DNA of 64,000 nucleotides from Chthoniobacterales bacterium (GTDB lineage Bacteria > Verrucomicrobiota > Verrucomicrobiia > Chthoniobacterales > UBA10450), in contig DASQPH010000033.1 of the NCBI GenBank assembly GCA_035644055.1, positions 3,308 to 67,307 on the forward strand, written 5' to 3'. The first letter of the stretch is position 1. Every line of letters starts with the position of its first letter. Made by a program: the position numbers and the translations under genes. Shown here piece after piece: positions 44,101-50,100 of this stretch. The notes under the pieces are model-generated. The model was given only the letters and a program-made list of their open reading frames with translations, was not told the DNA's origin and searched no databases.

Positions 44101-47100
44101 GAGGTTTTCGATCACGCCCTCACCGATGCACAAGTTCTGGCCATCTACAGCGCGGGCACCGCGGGGAAGTGCCGCTCATGCGCGACGCCTCCTTTGAACA
44201 TGTTGGCCTGGTGGCCCGGCGACGGAAACGTCAGTGATCTTCAGGGAAATCACAACGGGACGCTGATGAACGGCGCGACCTTCGGAACCGGAGAAGTCTC
44301 TCAGGCGTTCAGTCTCGACGGAGTAGACGACTATGTTGACGTTGGCGACGTCGATCTGCCCGCCACCTTCACCATCGATGCCTGGATCGATCCGACGACG
44401 GTGACAAGTGATCCGTATGGCCATACTATTATCTCGAAGGCGGACAATACCTTTTCCAGCTACGACCTCGCCGTTGGCGATGGGTTCCTTTTCCTCAGCG
44501 TAGAAAACAGTATAGGAAACACGACGGTATATCGCTCGCTTGATGCGCTTGTTCCTGCCGGCGTCTGGTCGCATGTCGGCGTAACCTACGATGGAAACGC
44601 GGGGGCGGGCGAAAAGATAAAGTTTTACATCAACGGAATTACCGACACTGGGATACCTATAGGAGGCAATGATGCGGGCGGAACGCCACGAAACACCAGT
44701 GTTCCCGCTGCAATTGGCCGAGTCGGCAGCTTCTCGGGCGCGTATTTTTCCGGCCTGATTGACGAAGTCGAACTGTTTAGCCGAGTTCTCTCGGTTGTTG
44801 AGATTCAGGCGATCTACGATGCGGGGAGTTTCGGCAAGTGCAAGCCGCCGCCGGTGGTCCAATTTAACTCGGCAACCTACAGCGTTAATGAAGGAGATGG
44901 AAACGTAACGTTAACCGTAACGCGCACCGGTGACTCGTCCGGGACTTCCACGGTCCAGTATGCAACCGCGAATGGGAGTGCGACCGCGGGCTCGGATTAT
45001 ACGACTACGTCAGGCACGCTTACGTTTGCTCCCGGAGTCATCAGCCAGGACATCCTGGTGCCGATCACGGACGATTCCACCTACGAAGCGAGCGAGGACT
45101 TTACCGTAACGTTAAGTGCGCCTTCGACTGGGACGACGATTGGAACACCCGATAGCGCTACGGTTACGATAACCGACAACGATCCCGTTCCGACCATTTC
45201 CATCGACGATGTCGCGCACAATGAAGGGAATAGCGGCACGACCAGTTACGACTTTACGGTGAGCCTTTCAAACCCGTCGTCCCAGACCATCACGGTTGAG
45301 TACGCGACGGCGGACGACTCCGCCACGGCGCCTTCTGATTATACCGCGATTCCGACGACGACATTGACCTTCAATCCAGGCGACACGAGCAAGCCGGTTA
45401 CAGTCCTGGTTAACGGCGACACGGCGTTCGAGAACACGGAAACTTTCACCGTTCACCTCTCCGCCCCGACGAACGCAACCATTAGCGATGCCGACGGCAC
45501 CGGCACGATCACGAATGATGATACCGCACCAGTCTTTACGATCGACGACGTCACTCACAACGAAGGCAATGCCGGTACGACCATCTACACCTTCACGGTG
45601 ACCAAGACCGGCAGCACAGCGTTGAGTTCTTCCGTCCAATTCCAAACCCAGGACGGCACGGCCACAGTTGCGGATAACGATTACCAGGCAAATTCTGGCA
45701 CGCTCTTTTTCGGAGCGGGGGTGACTACGCGGCAGGTCACGGTCCTGGTCAACGGGGACACGAACGTGGAACCGACCGAGACCTTCACAGTTCACCTGTC
45801 GAATGAGGTCAATGCTTCCATCAGCGACGCGGATGGAACCGGAACGATCACTAACGATGACATCTTCTTCTCGATTAACGACGTGACGATGAACGAGGGC
45901 AACGCAGGCCAAGCCTCGTTTGTCTTCACCGTAACGAAGTCCGGCGACAACGGCTCGGGCTCGTCGGTGAATTTCGCCACTCAGGATGGCACCGCGAAGG
46001 TAGCGAATGGCGATTACCAGGCCAATAGCGGCACCCTGAACTTCGGGGCGACTGACACCACGATGCAGATCACGGTGCTGGTCAATGGCGACATCACGCC
46101 CGAGCCCGATGAAATCTTTACCGTTCACCTCTCCGGCGAAACCAACGCCACCATCTCCGACGCCGATGGCGTCGGGACGATCACCAACGATGATGGTCCG
46201 CCGCCGATTGTGTACGTCGATGACGATTGGGCCGCGGTGCCGACCGGCGACGATCCGGACGGCGCGGGACCGGCCACGAGCATGGGCTTCGACGCGTTCG
46301 CCACGATTACGGACGGCGTAAATGGTGTGGCCAATCCGGGAACGGTGATCGTTTATGCCGGCACGTATGCCGAGGGCAACAACACGATCGACCTTACTAA
46401 GTCGGTTACTATATCAGGACCCAACGCGGCCAACAGTCCGAACACAGGCCTACGCGTCGCCGAGGCGGTCGTCACCAGTCAGGGTACGAGTATAGTCCCG
46501 AACGGAGTATTCCGGCTCAACGTGCCGAACCTCACCGTGACGATAGAGGGGCTTAAGTTCGATGGCACCCCGGCGGCGATGAATGCCTACGCCGACCACG
46601 ACACCATCAGCCTGAAGAAGAACATATTTACCGCGTCACATGACCCGGGAATGTACTTCGAGACCCCGAACCTTACCATCGATGACAACCGTTTCGTAGA
46701 TATTGCGGCCCAGGGTGAAGACACGATCGCCGTAGACGTCAATGTCGGAGTCAACCGCGCTCCCGTCACCATCACTAACAACATCTGGTCCAATGTTGCC
46801 GTCGGCGCACTTAATCTGAGTCGGGTTTCCGGTACGATTTCAGGCAACCAATTCCTCAACGTCCAGTATTACGGTGTGTTGGTTGCGTACGATGCCGGCA
46901 ACCTGTCGATCACCGGCAATGTATTCGATGGCATCACCAATCCCGATCCAACAAACGTCCCGACGTGGGGTGCAGGAATTCGCTTCTACCAACCGGCCGT
47001 TACTGCGCCGGTTAATGTTGCGAGCAACAGGTTCACGAATTCCTACGTGGGCGTTGGCATTAGAGGCGTTCCGAATGATCCGGGGGCGGACATTACAGGC

Positions 47101-50100
47101 CAGCCTATTCACGTGAACTTCAACTCATTTATCAATAACACTCATGGGATAAGCGATGGCGCGGCTGGAGCGCTGGATGCGGAGAACAACTGGTGGGGAT
47201 GCAACTATGGGGCAGGCGCAACCGGCGCTGGATGCTCCATTACTACCAATGACGTGTTCAACAATGGCAGCGGCACGGTGGACGCCGATCCGTGGATCGT
47301 CCTGGGCGTGAGCGCAGCGCCGAATCCGATCGTTCCCGGCGATCAATCGACTGTCACGGCCGATATGACCCATAACTCGGCCAACGCGGTCCCGTCCGGA
47401 ACGATGTTTGTGCCGAACGTGGCCGTCGCGTTCGGCGCCACCGAAGGAACCATCGCGCCACCGACTGGAACCATCACCAATGGCCAGGCCACATCGACGT
47501 TTACCTCGACATCGAGCAATGACGGCACTGCTTCGGCCACGGTGGATAGCCAGACGACGAGCACGACGATCGACGTTACTCCCCCGTCCTTCTCGATCGA
47601 CGACGTTACCCAGGCTGAAACCAATTCCGGCCAGACTGCCTTTGTCTTCACGGTGACCAAAACGGGCGCCTCGGCGTTCGGCTCGTCCGTGGATTACCAG
47701 ACCCAGGACGGAACGGCCACCGTCGCGGACAACGACTATGTCGCCAAGAGCGGCACGCTGACCTTCGGACCGACCGACACCTCAATGACGGTCACGGTGC
47801 TCGTAAACGGCGACACCATTTTCGAAGCGAACGAGACCTTCACCGTTCATCTGAGCAACGCTTCGGACGCGACGATCGGCGACGCGGACGGCACGGGCAC
47901 GATCACGAATGACGACGACGCACCGCTCCTTACGATTGACGACGTGACGAAGGCGGAAGGCAACGCGGGAACAACTTCGTTCACCTTCACCGTCACCAAG
48001 ACCGGCGTCACCGAGGTAAACGCGACAGTCGATTACGCTACGGTCAATGGAACCGCGACGGCGCCCTCGGACTTCGCCGCGATTCCGACGACGAGTCTTA
48101 CCTTCCTGCCTAACGAGACCACGAAGCAGATAACCGTTTTAGTCAACGGCGATACGACACCGGAGGCGGACGAGACCTTTACCGTCCACCTAAGCAATCC
48201 GAACAACGCGAGCATTGCCGACGCCGACGGCACTGGCACGATCGTCAACGATGATACCGACGTCAGCGTTACGGTGTCATCGCCCTCGTCCGTCCCCGAA
48301 GACGGCGCCCAAAACCTCACCTATACCTTTACCCGTAATCCGCAGACGACCGGCGACATTACCGTTAACTTCAGCGTCGGAGGCACGGCCACCTTCGCCA
48401 CTGACTATACCCAAGCTGGCGCAGCCTCCTTTACTGCCACCAGCGGGACAGTGACGATCCCGGATGGTCAAACGACCGCGACGGTAACAATCGATCCGAC
48501 CGCGGACAATGTCGCCGAGCCGGACGAGACCGTTATCCTGACTGTGACATCTGGAACTGGATACAATGTTGGTACGCCAAGCGCGGCTACGGGCACGATC
48601 CTGAACGACGATACCAGTGTGACCGTCGCCGTCTCACCTGCTTCTGTGACTGAGGATGGCACAGGGAACCTTGTCTATACTTTCACTCGTAATCCGGTTT
48701 TCAGCGGACCGCTGACGATCGATTTCACTGTAGGCGGGACCGCCACCTATAACAGCGACTACACCGTCACCGGCGCGGATTCGTTCAGTTCCTCGAGCGG
48801 GACCGTAACCTTCGCGGACGGCAGTAACACCGCGACGGTGACCGTCGATCCGACTGCGGATACGATTTACGAATTGGATGAAACGGTAATCCTGACCGTG
48901 GGATCAGGGAGCAATTACAGTGCGGGCAGCCCGGGTGCTGCCACTGGCACCATAACCAATGATGACCCAGCGCCCACTTTGAACATAGGCGACCGGATCC
49001 TGGCTGAAGGTAGTAGCGGCGGTACGACCGCGTTTAACTTTACCGTCACCAAGACGGGTGCGACTCAGGAAACAGTAACCGTCGACTACAACACCCAGGA
49101 CGGAAGCACCAATCCCGCCACCGGCGGCGCGAGCTGCGGCGGCAATGTCGATTACATATCCAAATCGGGATCAGTAACCTTCCTGTCGAATGAGACGACC
49201 AAGACCGTCACGATAGATGTCTGCCAGGACACGACCGTTGAACCTAACGAGACGTTCTTTGTCGAACTGTCGAACCCCGTAAATGCCACTCTCTCCGACG
49301 GCGAAGGCCGCGGGACAATTCAGAACGACGACACTCCTCCGCCGCTGGTTCCGATCAACACCACCGATGACACCGATCCCACCGGCGTATGCACAGTGGC
49401 GCATTGCAGTCTGCGTAATGCCATAAACAGCGCCAACGCCAGCGCCGGCGCGGTCTCGATCAACTTTGGGATTCCGGCAAGCGACCCGCGGCACTTCTAT
49501 TATGCCGACGACCATGTCGCCGGACAGGTAAGTCAGGCAAATGTAACCGTCACGACGGCGGCGACTGATAATCTGATCCCTGACATCGACCCGGATTGGC
49601 CGCATAGCTGGTGGTCGATTCTGCCGACCTCGGAGTTAACAGCTATTAACCAGACAGTCACTATTGACGGCTACTCACAAACAGGCGCCGCGGCCAACAC
49701 CGTTACCGGCATGGATGCCGCGGTGCTCAAGATAGAAGTCGATGGCGCGAGCGCCGGAGTCAGCTCGAATGGCCTTACTGTCAACGGCCCAGGTTCGACG
49801 GCCCGCGGTCTGGTAATCAATCGGTTTACCGCCAACGGCATTAACCTGTCCGGCGGTAACACGACGATTGCGGGCAATTTCGTAGGGACCGACGTCAGTG
49901 GCACTCTGGACCTCGGTAACAGTGGTCACGGAGTGTCCACGAGCAGCTTCAGTGAATCGATCGGTGGTTCCACCCCGCAGGACATGAATCTCATTTCGGG
50001 TAACAACGGCGATGGTATCGTGCTGTCGAATAGCAACAGCGATCTAATTCTGGGGAACCTGGTTGGAACCAAATCCAATGGCACGACCGGGCTGGGTAAC

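Noticed and set aside
42805-46128. Minus-strand ORFs 42805-43887 (360 aa), 44176-44862 (228 aa) and 45268-46128 (286 aa) inside the 4730-aa gene
   Set aside because: Same reasoning: antisense to clearly assignable propeller-like, LamG and Calx-beta coding sequence, with no motifs and atypical composition.
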